Shown here: positions 37,218 through 49,579 of the stretch, piece by piece | Layout of the letters: every line of letters starts with the position of its first letter | Position numbering within the stretch: the stretch's first letter is position 1 | Source of the DNA: Ramazzottius varieornatus | Lineage: Eukaryota; Animalia; Tardigrada | NCBI GenBank assembly: GCA_001949185.1 | Contig: BDGG01000003.1 | Span: 4,647,092-4,711,091, forward strand | DNA: 64,000 nucleotides | Direction: 5' to 3' | The notes under the pieces: generated by a model | Told to the model about the DNA's origin: nothing | Seen by the model: only the letters and a program-made list of their open reading frames with translations | Database searches by the model: none | Made by a program: the position numbers and the translations under genes

Positions 37218-40200
37218 TTAAAACTTTGCTCGGCTTTCCGGGTTATTTTCACTCAAATGCCGCTTTCTAGACAGTCTGATAGTATGTCTCTTTTCCAAAA
37301 GCTCTTCGACGGTGTCACTGTCCCTCGATTCTTCGGACTCTTCCGAATCAGCTATCAACCCACGATACTATAAAACACAAAAATATTATCACTCCCATAT
37401 CCCAACTCCACTCATTTCCGCCGAAGAAGCTCCAACGCATTCATACCTTCACGTCTTCCGACGTGCCTTCCACTACGACCGGTTCGTCGTACGTTCGATA
37501 CTTCGACAGGATGAACCTCTTAGACCTACGAAGAAAACCCATGTCAATGACTGAATATGGATACTCTGCAAGCAAACTTGACAAGGCTGCTGGTCCAGGT
37601 GGCGCACGCTCTCAGCCAATACAGCTGGAAGCCTGCGCCACTTGAAATGATGCTGTCGAGTTGAGTTTTCTCAAGTGGCGCACGTTCTCAATCACACTGC
37701 CTACTAGCGTGCGCCACTTAGGCCTTGTCGAAATTTGCCGAAGTCCCGATTTCGAAGTTCTGATATGTCGCGAAGAAGTGTTGGCTTACCTTTTCAGAAC
37801 GTAAGGTTCGAAAGGGAAGAATGTATGCAGTGGGTTCGCTTCGTTCACTTCTTGGATCGTTGATTTCGGTCCGGAGAAGATCGCCAACCGGTTATTCCGT
37901 TCTATCACAGTGTAGCAGAAAAGCAAGTTGTACTGCCTGAAGGAAGAAACAGCACAATCAGAAATTTAATCGCCAGTAAAAACAGTACTGTGATAAACAT
38001 CTCACCTTGTGACGGTGGCGAACAGTCCCATCACCACTTTCTGGCAATACTTAAACGGGTTCAGCTTGGCGGTTATGATCCGTTCAAAGTTCAGCGTGCG
38101 GAACCATGTCAGTCCCTTCTGCTGGCTGAATATCTCCCGATGACGGAACGTCAGCAGGTAGAAGCAGTTCTGACAAACCGCGTAGAAAACTCTGTGGATG
38201 TTTTCTCTGTCTACCAAATTCGGCGCAGTATCGTGCTCTGTAATGTAATCGTGGATCCACTGGACCATTTGATCCACGAACCGAATCACTATCCTGGAAA
38301 AAAAAGGCAAACAATTTTTCACAAACTTGATAAATAAAAATGATTATATTGATGAGATATTCAGAAGGAATTCAAGATAAATCTTAGATCAAATTTTTCC
38401 GACTGAATTACACTTGTTCCGGTGCAGCATCATTTACAGCCTTCTCGTTGCGGCAGAGCTGCACGGTTTCATCCCTCTCATGCCGAGGTTTCTCTTCCTT
38501 TGAACTTTGTGCTTGAATGCGGGGGCTTGAAAAGCTATTAAAGCTTCTGGGCAAAGCTTGTCCAACACGAATCACTTCCACTTCGTGACTGCGTCGTGTT
38601 TCGATCGATGCGAGCGCGAAGACCCACGCATCACACCCATCGTTCCTCAATTCCTAAGACAGAGAAAATGACCATCCGCAAACACACAACCATTCACCCG
38701 AAACCACCGCAAAACTAAGCCAAATAGCGATAAATAACATTTCGAATTTTGTTTCGAGTTTTATCCATACCTCCTGAGAGCTCAAACAAACTCGACAATA
38801 TTGCTTTTTCAGGTGGCGCACGGTTTCGGCCAATACGACTGGAAACGTGCGCCACATGAAACGATCTTGTTGAATTGGTTCCCAAGTGGCGCACGCTATT
38901 GGTGCTATTGGCTTACGGTGTGCGCCGCTTATGAAAACGATCTTGTCGAGATTCCGATTTTACTTCAGAATATTATTTTGGCTCTTTGCCGACTTACTTT
39001 ACGGGTGCGAATTTCGCCCGGGCCAGGTAGCTACTAGCATAGCATGCTGCGTACTGTCGAAAGACGGTGGGGATATTCGACGTGGTGATTTTCTGCACCA
39101 CTCCGCGAAGGAAGTCTTCGGCGATTTTCTCTTGCAAGGAAGCCAGGTAGAACCAGAGAAACTGTGCATGTGTTAGACCGTTGCTTTTGAAGACTATCGA
39201 ATCGAACACCGGGAGGGAATCTTGGTAGAAGCTCCTGAGCTGCGAGGAATTGTTTTCTTCGTGAGTAGCTAACGTGTCGACGTATTCGAAAAGAAGCGTC
39301 ATGATGAGGTCCAGCCGTTCGACGGTGGGGTGCTCAATGATCCAGGAAACGGGTCGAGCTGTCTGGCCTTGATCGTCTTCGGCATCGTTCTCTTCTTCAT
39401 CGTTGTCGTCGTCATCCAAGTCGATTTCACTCAATTCTGGAGACGCCTCGGCCTGTAAGAAGGACAAAATTAGAGCTCGTCTCTATCTTGCATGCCCCTT
39501 CATGCATTAATAACCATGGCCCAAACGCGAGCATGTGTATGCAGGTACCTGAAGACTTCTCAGTCTGCTCATGTTACCGTAAAAATTAAAACATAATCGG
39601 GAAGATTTCAATGGTTCAAGAAGAACAGAAGCTTACATCGATCTTGGCAATGTATTCGATGAGGATCGTAATGATAGCTGAGCGGCTCGTCGGTTGACGA
39701 TGATGAAGCTGGAGGAGGTTGTACGTATAGAAGAAATGCTCTTCTTCCGGACGTAGCTTGAAAGGTGCTGCTTCGCCCAGAAACTTCAAAAGCTTTGGCA
39801 TACTCCTGCAGACAAAATCACTTTAGTAATCTGCAAATACAAAACGGAAGTGAGAGGTTGATGTAAACTTACAAGGGGACGATTTGGACAGCTCTTCCAA
39901 GCAAAGACAGTATTTTGTCAAAGTATGCCTTGATTTTCTCGTCGACTTCTCTAAAAGAGTTCCTATTGACGTCAGGCTTTGGCTCGAAGGGCCCGGTACG
40001 CAGTCGTTTGACCCAAACTCGGAGACAGGAATCCACAAAGCTGGGATGAGCTGTCAGGAGACTGGAGATAAATTTGAAGTATTCGGTGAATTCGTTCGCT
40101 GAGGAATCGCACCATTCACAGCGCTGTAAACCATCGAGTCTCAGTCAAATGTTTCTTATGGATAAAAGTGGAACCAGATGCTTACCAGGATGAGATTCAC

Positions 40201-40593
40201 CAAGGACGAATGGTCTTCAGTAAGGAAGGACGAGAGCTGTTGCAGCAGACTCAGGAACGAAAGCAATCTGTCTTGCTTTCTCCCCGACTCTGAGTATGTT
40301 GTGACTCCATCTGCACGATCCTGGAACTCTTTGATCATGCGCTGATACTCAGCAGACTTTTCCTGCAAACAAAAAGATCAAAGTTAAAGTATCACTCTTA
40401 CTGTACTTCCGGTCAAGTTTCCATGCGTCTATCTCTACTTCCAGTGCCTTCTGTACCCTTCCGCAAGGAGCACACTTACTGTCCGGTAGTTCTTGAAGAT
40501 GTCCCGAACTGTTTCCACGTCCCAGTCTTCGATCTTCTGCGGAGGCTGAAGATCGTTCCATTTCTCCTCCACTTTCTGCTGGGCCTGCACCAT
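37218..40593 (-). CDS. RRN3: RNA polymerase I transcription initiation factor RRN3/TIF-IA
   Basis: AQFLWFYLAS, RQYAACYASSYLARAKF, FYAVCQNCFYLLTFRH, LNFERIITAKLNPFKYC, CYTVIERNNR, TFFPFEPYVLKRS. Termini approximate. Confidence 0.92.
37568..37747. repeat. TGGCGCA palindromic element, 2 units, intronic
   Basis: Two cores with arms. Confidence 0.9.
38778..38992. repeat. TGGCGCA palindromic element, 2 units, intronic
   Basis: Core 38814 / 38848 (27 bp) and a second core with the opposite spacer orientation. Confidence 0.9.
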
Positions 40594-41357
40594 CTCGAAC
40601 GAAGCAACGACGCCGGCTCAGTGCGCTCTTCTAGTGGATGTCCGTCCCTCAGTCTTCGACTGTAATCCACTCCTCTACCATCCGAAGACTTGATCGACTA
40701 CAGGAGAAGACTGCCGTTCCGGATTCCTGAAAATTAGCGGATCAAACTTTAAACTGGACCAAAGAGGTCCAAAGTACTGTACGATGTGAACAGATTTCGC
40801 AATCGCATCCGTGGCATTCCGCAGAATCCGCACCGCTTTGACAACGTATCGAGCAGTCCGCTCGGTTCTATCCGACCGCGTGGTTTGACGAGTAATAGTA
40901 CAGTCAAGTACAAAAATACTTTTACTGATAGCTGACTGTGTTTGGAAGGATGATGTCAGCCCGGGTGGCAGATTCCCAGCCACTCCTCCGCCTCCGCATA
41001 CCTGTTCCATCAGTTCCATTTGTGCGAGTTTTGCGGAACGGACGTACGACTCCATTACGACCAGAAGTTTCTTGAGTCTGTTGCAAGAGTGCTCCTCGTT
41101 TTCACCGCATCCCTTTTATCGTCGCAGAACGCCCTACCGACCCGTGCTCTTCTACATCCTCAGGAACATCCACTTTCGTAGCAGTTTTCATGTCTAACAG
41201 ACGAGTCGAGAACTTTGAATCATTCACTGGACGTGACTCTGGTCTTAACGGTAAAGATCGTCTGATGAAACCGACGTAACATTCACGATTTCGGTTTTTT
41301 TCCCGATTTTGACTTCATGTGTTGTCTTTCTCCATTCCAGATCAATCCTCATTTAGA

Positions 41358-42172
41358 ATGAACGTTCCTACTGCTTTCACCCCCATCACCTGGAAATATG
41401 GAGCCGTGGCTGCCGGAGCTGCCCTGACGCAAGGCTTGGGCGCGGTAAGATGGCTTCTCGACCTTGAAAAGTTCTGACTGCAATGTCCAATTGTGTTGCT
41501 TTCGTTCAGGTCTGGTACTCTCCCCAAGTATTCGGCCCTATCTGGCAGCGAAACCACCCCATTACTGCTGCCACTATGACCGAGAAGGATCACACCACTT
41601 CCATGGCCGTGTCGTTTGTTTCTGACTGCGCGTTTGGCATGTTGTTGAACTATCTTCAAAGGTATCGCTTGATTGATTCTTCACCTTGTTGACCGGTTGA
41701 ATCGTCGTAGCTTTCTTCTCACTAACAATCCCTTTCGTTCTCTTGCAGCCGATATTTCCGTCCTCTCACACCCACGGTAAGGAACATGAAATTATTTTGG
41801 TAGCTAGAAATCACAGAAAGAAAAGTAAGAAACAACCGAGATTTCTCGCCCATCCGGTCAAATTTCCATTGAGGTTTTCGGGACGGAGCGATCTTCACCA
41901 TTGGTTGTTCCGCTGGCTCTTGACTTGTTTATTGGGCGCTTTAGTTGGAAATTCAATAAACGTTGAATTGTTGGAGCAAAGTCTTACGGTTTCGCTGTTC
42001 CCTGCAGGACGCTCTGATCTTCACTGCCATCATCGGAGGCATCCAGATGCTGCCGCAGATTGGACACTTGTTGTGGGGCAAGAAGAAGCCTGATGAGTTC
42101 TTCGTCGACCACGGATACAACATGGCTGGTATCCTGATCAAGGTTCTGTGCTTGATGTACATCCCCTACTAA
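41358..42172 (+). CDS. Small multi-TM protein, DUF1761-like
   Basis: Exons 41358-41444, 41510-41661, 41749-41776, 42008-42172 in phase: ..AVAAGAALTQGLGAVWYSPQVFGPIW.. and ..LWGKKKPDEFFVDHGYNMAGILIK.. Confidence 0.75.
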
Positions 42173-42479
42173 AGCGCCAACAAGGAAGGACGTCATTTTG
42201 GGCTGGCATTCTTGTCGGGGGTTGCTTGGTTGTTTCTTAATGGTCTTAGTAAATCTGTCTTCAGTCACGATACGAGTAGTGTGTTTCCTACCACAAGTTG
42301 TGACAACAGAAGTGTTTGAACGATACCAGCTTAGCGAATTACCTATTTATCTATGTTTTAGCATTATTTCGTGGCTTCGCCTTGCTGAGATGAAAAACGG
42401 TCAGTTTTCACTGTTTGCAGCTGCACTCTTGGGAATAAAATTTCATCAGTAGGCAGGAAGTCAGACCTAGCTTAAAATG

Positions 42480-42668
42480 AGGCAAACAAAACCGGCTAGA
42501 TCGTCTTTCTTAGTGGCGCACGCTTTCACCCGAAATACCGTAAACATGCGCCATTGGGGTCAAACTCGACAAGGTTGTTTCTCAAACTGGCGCACATTCG
42601 CAGCTGATAGAAGTGACATGGTGTGCCACTTGCGAGAACATCTTCCCGATTTCGTTCGCCGTGCTTCC
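42480..42668. repeat. TGGCGCA palindromic element, 2 units, between convergent genes
   Basis: ggcaaacaaa arm and two cores. Confidence 0.9.
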
Positions 42669-42857
42669 AAGTAAAATTTCGGAGTCCTCCAGGAAGTCTG
42701 AAAAAGCGGGCTCGCCTGATCGAAGTTTCCAAGTTTTTTATTGACAAATGAAACAGCAAACGTTGGTCACTACGTGGAACATACACGGGCCAATCTGTAA
42801 AAACTATTCAAGTTTAACCAACGAAGAAGAATAGAAAGAAAACACATCTTGACCGAA

Positions 42858-44345
42858 TCACAGATAAACAGACAGTTCAGGAAGTTCCATCTGGGAAACC
42901 TCTTCCAAATTCGCTAAATTTACCAAAGGATCCACATCAAACTCTGTATGGATATCCCGTAGCAAGCTTTCGATATCAGAACTACTCATACTATTTTCCG
43001 TTTCTTGTAAGCTTTCGTCTGGTCGAAGAGGCGAAGCTGGAGACAGGATCCGTTGGTCGAAGGAAAACTCTGAAATCATCTGGAAAAGCTCCTTCGTTTC
43101 CACCGAAGATCTTCCATCTTCTGTCGTCACTTCCCGATTTGACACTTCGTTCTTTAGCTGCACTTCGTTCCTTTGTGGCTCAACTTTCTTCTTGGTCGTT
43201 CGTGGCTTTCTGGGCTTCGCTACCTTCTTTGGCTTCTCAATCACAGCTCCATCTCCGGAATCCCCACCTGTCTCTCTGTTAATCGAGCTACCAACGGGCT
43301 GTTTCTTCCGCCTGCTCACGGATACCCTCTTTGGTAGTGGCATTTGAGGAAGGATTGCTTCGGTTGGAGAGGTGAATGCTGATGGAGGTGTTTCAACCGA
43401 AGATACCTTCTTGGGTGGTGGACGCTTGCGTTTGTTTGTAACGGTTAAAACTGGCGGAGAAAGTGAAACGTAAGACGGTAGAATGTCTGAAGAAGGCACA
43501 AGGCTGGATGCTGGTAGGGCAACATCGACTTGAGCTACAGTTGATGGTGTTGGCTCAGGCTGAACGACTGGAACGGAAAGAGTAACGTCATCAAAGCCGA
43601 GAAGCTGATCGATGTCCATCGCCATCGTGTCGAGAGAAGATTCTGATAACACAGGAGCTTCTTTCTGAGGAGGTTGTTTCGGATTAGGTGTTGCTTTCCT
43701 CCGCTTTGACTTCGGTGGAGGAAGACCATCGTTGGGAAGAGGACTTTTAGTGGAGGGAATTTCGACGGGCTTCTTGGCTGGTCTTCTCCGCTTCTTTGGT
43801 TCAGCTGTCGGCACTTTCGGTAGATTCGGAGAAGCAGACTTTTCTGAGAAGCCACTGTCACTGGCATTGACGCTCAACGAGCCTGGGGAGGAAGCAGGTG
43901 ACGGTACAGGAGAGAAGGAGAAAGACGTATGGCTAGGCATCGACTGATTGGTTGATTCGATCACGCTATTGAGGCTTGATTGATCAGTCTGAGTGGCGCA
44001 TTCAGCAGTCTTCTTCAGAGTTCCCGTTACTCTGGCCAGTTCTTCCGTCAACATCGCGCTTTTCGCCAGTTGCTCTCGGTACTTCTGTTGGACTTTCCCA
44101 CGGAAGCTCTTTTCTTTCCTGAGTTCTTCCTCCAGGTTGGAAGCATACTCGTGCAGCTTCGTGTAGTCTGTTCTTAGACCTTTGACTACGTTCTGAAAGG
44201 CTGCGCTCCGCTTCCGACTGTAGACCACTAGCTTCTTGCAATTCTGACAGGATGACAAAGCAGTCTCTTCTTTCGGAGATGTGGATGGAGTAGGTTCGGC
44301 ATTGTCGACGGGAAGAGGGAGCTTGAAGACTCCAGTAGAGTCCAT
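42858..44345 (-). CDS. Orphan 495-aa protein: CxxC and coiled coil, long Pro/Ser/Lys-rich disordered region with basic NLS-like clusters, acidic C-terminus
   Basis: Uninterrupted 1488-nt ORF; CQNC, heptad-like region, KKRRRP, KSKRRK, KRKRP, RRKK. Confidence 0.75.
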   Translation of the reverse strand: MDSTGVFKLPLPVDNAEPTPSTSPKEETALSSCQNCKKLVVYSRKRSAAFQNVVKGLRTDYTKLHEYASNLEEELRKEKSFRGKVQQKYREQLAKSAMLTEELARVTGTLKKTAECATQTDQSSLNSVIESTNQSMPSHTSFSFSPVPSPASSPGSLSVNASDSGFSEKSASPNLPKVPTAEPKKRRRPAKKPVEIPSTKSPLPNDGLPPPKSKRRKATPNPKQPPQKEAPVLSESSLDTMAMDIDQLLGFDDVTLSVPVVQPEPTPSTVAQVDVALPASSLVPSSDILPSYVSLSPPVLTVTNKRKRPPPKKVSSVETPPSAFTSPTEAILPQMPLPKRVSVSRRKKQPVGSSINRETGGDSGDGAVIEKPKKVAKPRKPRTTKKKVEPQRNEVQLKNEVSNREVTTEDGRSSVETKELFQMISEFSFDQRILSPASPLRPDESLQETENSMSSSDIESLLRDIHTEFDVDPLVNLANLEEVSQMELPELSVYL

Positions 44346-46084
44346 GGCGAGGTTGAGCTACAAACTACAAAACGAAAACGTAACGTGGTGGTTGTTCCAA
44401 GGGAGTCCCGGATCGAGTTGCTACTTACTGGATGGACCAAATGTAGCTCTTTCGCGAGTTATCATTACGGGTATTTACGACACTATTACTCCAATTTCCA
44501 AAACTTTAGAGCATCTGTTTGACTCAAACAATCTACGACGAGGGAAGAAACAGAAATGCCGCAGATGATCAGATCTCTCGATTTTCATTTCTCAAAGAAT
44601 AAAAATCCGAACAAAGTGCCGATCGATGCACAGTGCACATGTCTAAAGTGTTTAACGGGTCATCTTCCTGCATACCCAATTCCTCTCTCATTTGTACCGC
44701 TGTTCAGCATGCCGGTCTCCGACGACCAGCGTGCGCCGGTGACCAGGCTCCTCCCCGTAGTTTCAGGTGTACGTCCCATTACGGTAACGCAATTTCGTTC
44801 TTGTAAGGCGGATTTGTTTTGGTCTTTTTTGCTCAATAAAATTTCACTTCCGGCGCACTTTCTTTAGGAGGAATCTGTTATTTGTGGGACGGAGCCATGA
44901 AACGCCAACGCATCCCCACTTAGTTCTTCGTGGTGGAGCTGCAAGGCGGGAACGGGAATGCTGGGCAAGCTGAACTGTCTAATAAGGAAGAAAGCCCCGA
45001 CGAGTTAGCGGAGTCGGACAGCGAATCGGAAAAGTTGCTTCTTTCTTCACCCCACCGGAAGTCGTTAAAGATGAGCCACCACAAGCGTGCCAGAGACGAA
45101 ACCCCGAACTCGGACGATGAGTCTGAAGAATGCGCGTCCAAGTCCCATCCTACGGCACCGCTCCGGCCGATCGCTTCTCCCGTCTTTCAATTCTGCGTGT
45201 CGATGGTGTTCCACTCGTCTGCATTTTAGCATTCAGTGAAGTGGCCGACTACGTCGAGACCAAACGCCTTTCCTGGCAGTCCTACATCGATTACTCCAAA
45301 GAAACTGTTCTGCTGTATCGCTTGGATGTCGACAGTCTCATTCCTACCATCGCACGGAGTGTGCAGACGCTTTGCCCATGGAGAGATGGCGCGCCGGAAG
45401 ATTACAGTAAACGTCTCTGGGGAGAACAAGCTACCGGACAATGACTTCGTCATACCAGCTCTAAAGAAATCAGAACTATGTAGTGTGCAGGATATCGGCC
45501 TTCTGCTGAAGCACGTCGAGCAGGTCGACAGTGATACTTCTGACCGAAATCAACCGACGCGAAGCACTCCATCCTTCTCGCTAAACGACCCTGACAAGTT
45601 TAAAGGTTCTTCCGCCAGTCTTCTCCTGTCCATTGGCACCGATCTCCACCGTGAGAAATGCCGTAACGCCATGCTATCTCGGAAGAAGAATACGGAGAAG
45701 AGGTTCCGAGTAGGCCCACCGGTTCCTGCGAGAAAGAGCCTTCCAGTTTCGATTGATATCACAGCTGACAGTGACAGATCGCCTAGTTTGGAGAGTGCGG
45801 TTAAAAATCATCTCTTTCCGAACAATGAAATCGGCGGTTCGAGCTTGGCTTCTTCTGTTGCAGGTTGGACCTGGGGTTCGCCCACTATTAAACTTTCCAT
45901 TTCCGTCAAGAGGTATCTTCGTAGGTTGGCTTTCTGCGACGTCTGCGGAAAGCCAAGGAAAGAGCGAACAGTTTTTCTGGTTTGAGCCTGCCGACAATCG
46001 GGCGAAACAGCGAACATGGTTACAGGTACTGTTATCGTACCGTTATTTCGGAGCACGTCAAGCAACCATGAGTCAAGTTACTGT

Positions 46085-46185
46085 AGTTGACAAGATTGTT
46101 TTCCCAAACGGCGCATGTTTCCAGTGTTATTCGCTAGAAGCGTGCGCCACTTCGAAAGATAGTCCTTGTCTAGTCAGTTTGCCTA
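46085..46185. repeat. TGGCGCA palindromic element, 1 unit, pseudogene intron
   Basis: GGCGCA..cagtgttattcgctag..GTGCGCCACTT. Confidence 0.85.
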
Positions 46186-46800
46186 TGTCCGATTTTATTA
46201 AATTTTATTGAATCATTTATTTTTACTGGTTTTTCACTCAGTCTTTATTTGTATAGAGCATGTCCAGCACAGTTTCTTCTCCAGGAAACAACGGACCCCA
46301 GAAATATTTTCTCCGGAAGTCTTTACGGAAGCCATCAACAAGAAACTCTTCGACCTTCCGTCCACACAAGACCCGAAGAAAATGGTTGCCGACAAAGCCA
46401 GTGCCAAGCTGAAATAACCCGCTTCGGACAGCGGTGATAGTGATGGAGCCGACGATAACGGAAAACGTATGAAAGAGAAGCGGGATGGTGTCATGCATCC
46501 TATTCATTCCAAAAATACGTGCAAAGCACCTGGGCGTGTGCCGCTCTGCTCGAAACACCCTAGCATCTATATAGACAAGGACAGACTGGAAGAAATTCAG
46601 CGAGTCCATGACCCTGGCGCTGACGACCGTGAAGGTTTCAAAGGCCTTAGGTGGTATGGATATAAAGTGTTAGAGCACTTGATTGGAGGTGAAGAGCAGC
46701 TGAGACAGTGTCGAACGAAGTTGGACAAGCGAAAGGGAGGCATGACTCGCATGGTGGGAAGAAAGCTGATCGAAGTTGTCTTAGGTACGTGACTGAAATT

Positions 46801-46990
46801 TGGGCAAACAAATTCGCCGAGACCTTTTCCAATTAGCGCACGGCTTCAGCCGATAACCGTAAAGACGTGCGCCACTTGCAGAAAGGATCTTGTCGAGTTC
46901 GTCCAAGCGGCGCACATGTCGGGTGTTAATGGTTGGACGAATGTGCCACTTGGAAAAAATATTTTGTCGCGGTTGCTTGCCGAGCTCCCA
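46801..46990. repeat. TGGCGCA palindromic element, 2 units, pseudogene intron
   Basis: Two cores; right end gccgagctccca. Confidence 0.9.
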
Positions 46991-48175
46991 ATTGTCTCAG
47001 CAGCTATGAAGTGATAGAAAGCTACGATAATGCGTTTTTGGTAGATCATTGCATTGAGACATACCCGACAGTTCCTTCCATGAAGCGAGGGTACTTGACG
47101 TACTGATGTGCGATCTACGCTAGACACACGCTAATCCGCGACGACAAAGTCATCGACCGCAACGCCCTGGTGTCGGTCCTGTTCGTGGGAGACACCCCAG
47201 ACGCACCTCCACCACCGACAGACCCTCCGTGTGAACCCCACGTCAGGTACTGGTCCACACCAAACCCTAGCCGTGTTCGGCTCGACGAGAACCACGAGTA
47301 CTATGTCGACAGAGTGGGCCTAGCTCAATATCAGCGGTACTACGGCCCAGAGTCCGCGTTAGGGATGCGTCCTTCACCGAGTACACTAGTCAAACAAAGA
47401 ACTAGTGACCGACGAAGAGACCGCAGTGACCGCAAGCAAAGATATCAGCAGAGGTATTCGCTCACGTAGTTTGCCTTGTATTTATTTGCCCCTGCTTACC
47501 GAATAGCCATCTGTTTTCTGTTTTAGTCTAATAATCCACGACATTGATTTCGTTAGGACTGTGTTTAATGTTCAATAAGATATTGTGCGCAGTATTACTG
47601 TGACACCTGACAAGTACGATAGACCGCTGTGGTATGTCTTCTTTATGAATCATGAGTAACAAGCAGAAACACCCGAAAGCAAAATGTCTATGTACATGCC
47701 AAATTAGACTTCACACCGGCTTTGACGGACAAAACTCCGAAGGAGACGCCAAAAAAGCACAAAAAAAAACAAGTTAACGGCACATCTCCCGTATACTGTA
47801 TCACCTCGTGCACGACATTCTCCCTAGTACGCCTGCCCAACCATTCGTCTAAAAGGTTTTGCCCCATGGTCAACCGTTCAACGCAGAAAAAGTCCGTCTT
47901 GACCGGCTTACCGTAACCAGGGTCCTGATACCGGGCGAGCTTGCCCGACTCACCCCAAAAACCACAAAACATCTTGATGACTTTATTCAGGTACGAAGCA
48001 ACTCCTCTTCGGACATGGACCAGTAACGAATCATCTCGCCGCTCTCCCCATGATATTCTTCAGAGTTTCTTTTTTTCACGATGAATTCTGCACTTGTCGA
48101 GCCCCCCTAAGTCGAAAACATCATTTAGGTCACCATTTCGCAAGCGAAATCACAAAACCTCCCGATTTGAGATCT

Positions 48176-48280
48176 AGGCGAACTCGACCAGATCGCTTAT
48201 CCAAGTGGCGCATAACTCTAGCCACTGGCACTCACAACGTGCGCCACTTGGGTAACAATCGTGTGCCGACTGCCTCGGTC
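48176..48280. repeat. TGGCGCA palindromic element, 1 unit, intergenic
   Basis: Core 48206 / 48240, 27-bp spacer. Confidence 0.9.
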
Positions 48281-49579
48281 CCCGAATATCAAAGGCCAGT
48301 GCACGTTTGAAAAGGAAGTTTGGGCCAGTAAGAAGTTTGGGTCAGACGATTCCGAAACAGAGGAACGGAAGTTCGTACGTACGTCTGTACAGTAATTCAC
48401 ACCCATGCTTTTTCCTCAGTTTTCTACGGTTGAACTCTCAGTTTGCCGTCTCTGCGTCTGGCCGAAACTTCCCTTTCCTGCGTGTACCAATATTTTGATA
48501 CGAGGAAAAAAGGAGGGAAAGAGGAAAGGAAGAGTTTCCCGTAAACATTCTGAAGCACGCTCCGTGATCCCAAAGTGTTTCACCTGTGAGCGTTTTCGGG
48601 AATTCATCAGCAATTAACGAGAATTGGGATTGATTTTGGAATGAAAACAATTGAAAAGAAAACCTGTCTTCAGAGTGCGTCAGAACAGCTGGCTGCTTCG
48701 CTGCTCGTTCGCTGCCGCGCTGAGACAAGTGTCACAGCGTGTTGAATATTTGGTGGAGACAAGATACACGGTTCGTAGTGTCCAAGGACAGGCCAAAATC
48801 ATCCAAGAACCTCTGTTCGGTACTGCACACTGTGCAGTTTTTGTAGGTGCGTGATGGAATGCGCTCGGCCTTTGTACATAACACAGCACGCCATTCAGAT
48901 TTGTATTCATGTGCGTGAGGTTGTGCACCAGATGCACTTGCCATGGTGCAATGCACTGCGCCGGTACAAGAGCGATATCGTAACTTCGTGACTCATAATA
49001 TATAATCTTCATTATCGGATGGTGATCCTTCGTACTGAATTGCTTTCTCTCTCCCTCTCTTGAACTGGTGTACTGCTGGTGCCTGTTCTCTTATCTCTTC
49101 AGTCCATGATTTGAGGTGACTCACGACTGTCTAATCTTGTTCGAGAATTGCCACGTCAAGAGGCTGACAAGCCAGGCAAGCAAACCGCCGGCAACTACAC
49201 CGACGCAAGATCCTCTGTGACTTTTGCAGGCTTTCTGCGTTCCCCTGGCTGCTCGACAAGCTGTCAGGGACTTTCTGGGACGTTCTTCACACATAAACCA
49301 ACAGACGGTGTTGATCAGATTGCTGGCCTATTGATCGTGGTAGGTTTCTTCAGTCGCAAACGCCCAGAAGTTAACGGTTGAGTATGAGCGGCGCATAAAG
49401 TCACGTAATCTTGCGCCTGTTTACTGCTAGTCACGTGGTACTCCGCGCAGTTACTCGGTTACGGTCCTAAACGATGACGTAATCTGAGCTTGCGAAATCG
49501 ACTCGCAAAGCTCATGCTAAAATTTTCGGAAAATCACGTGATTTTTCGCCCATGTGCAGCATTAGGTCCGTCACGTGTC

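Larger units (their letters stand above)
44709..47469 (+). pseudogene. Decayed multi-exon gene with a possible BEN-like domain
   Basis: Phase-compatible introns (46026-46256, 46785-47044) join one frame broken by TGA 45983-45985, TAA 46415-46417 and TGA 47104-47106, with apparent frameshifts near 45.2 and 45.4 kb. 5' end uncertain. Confidence 0.6.
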
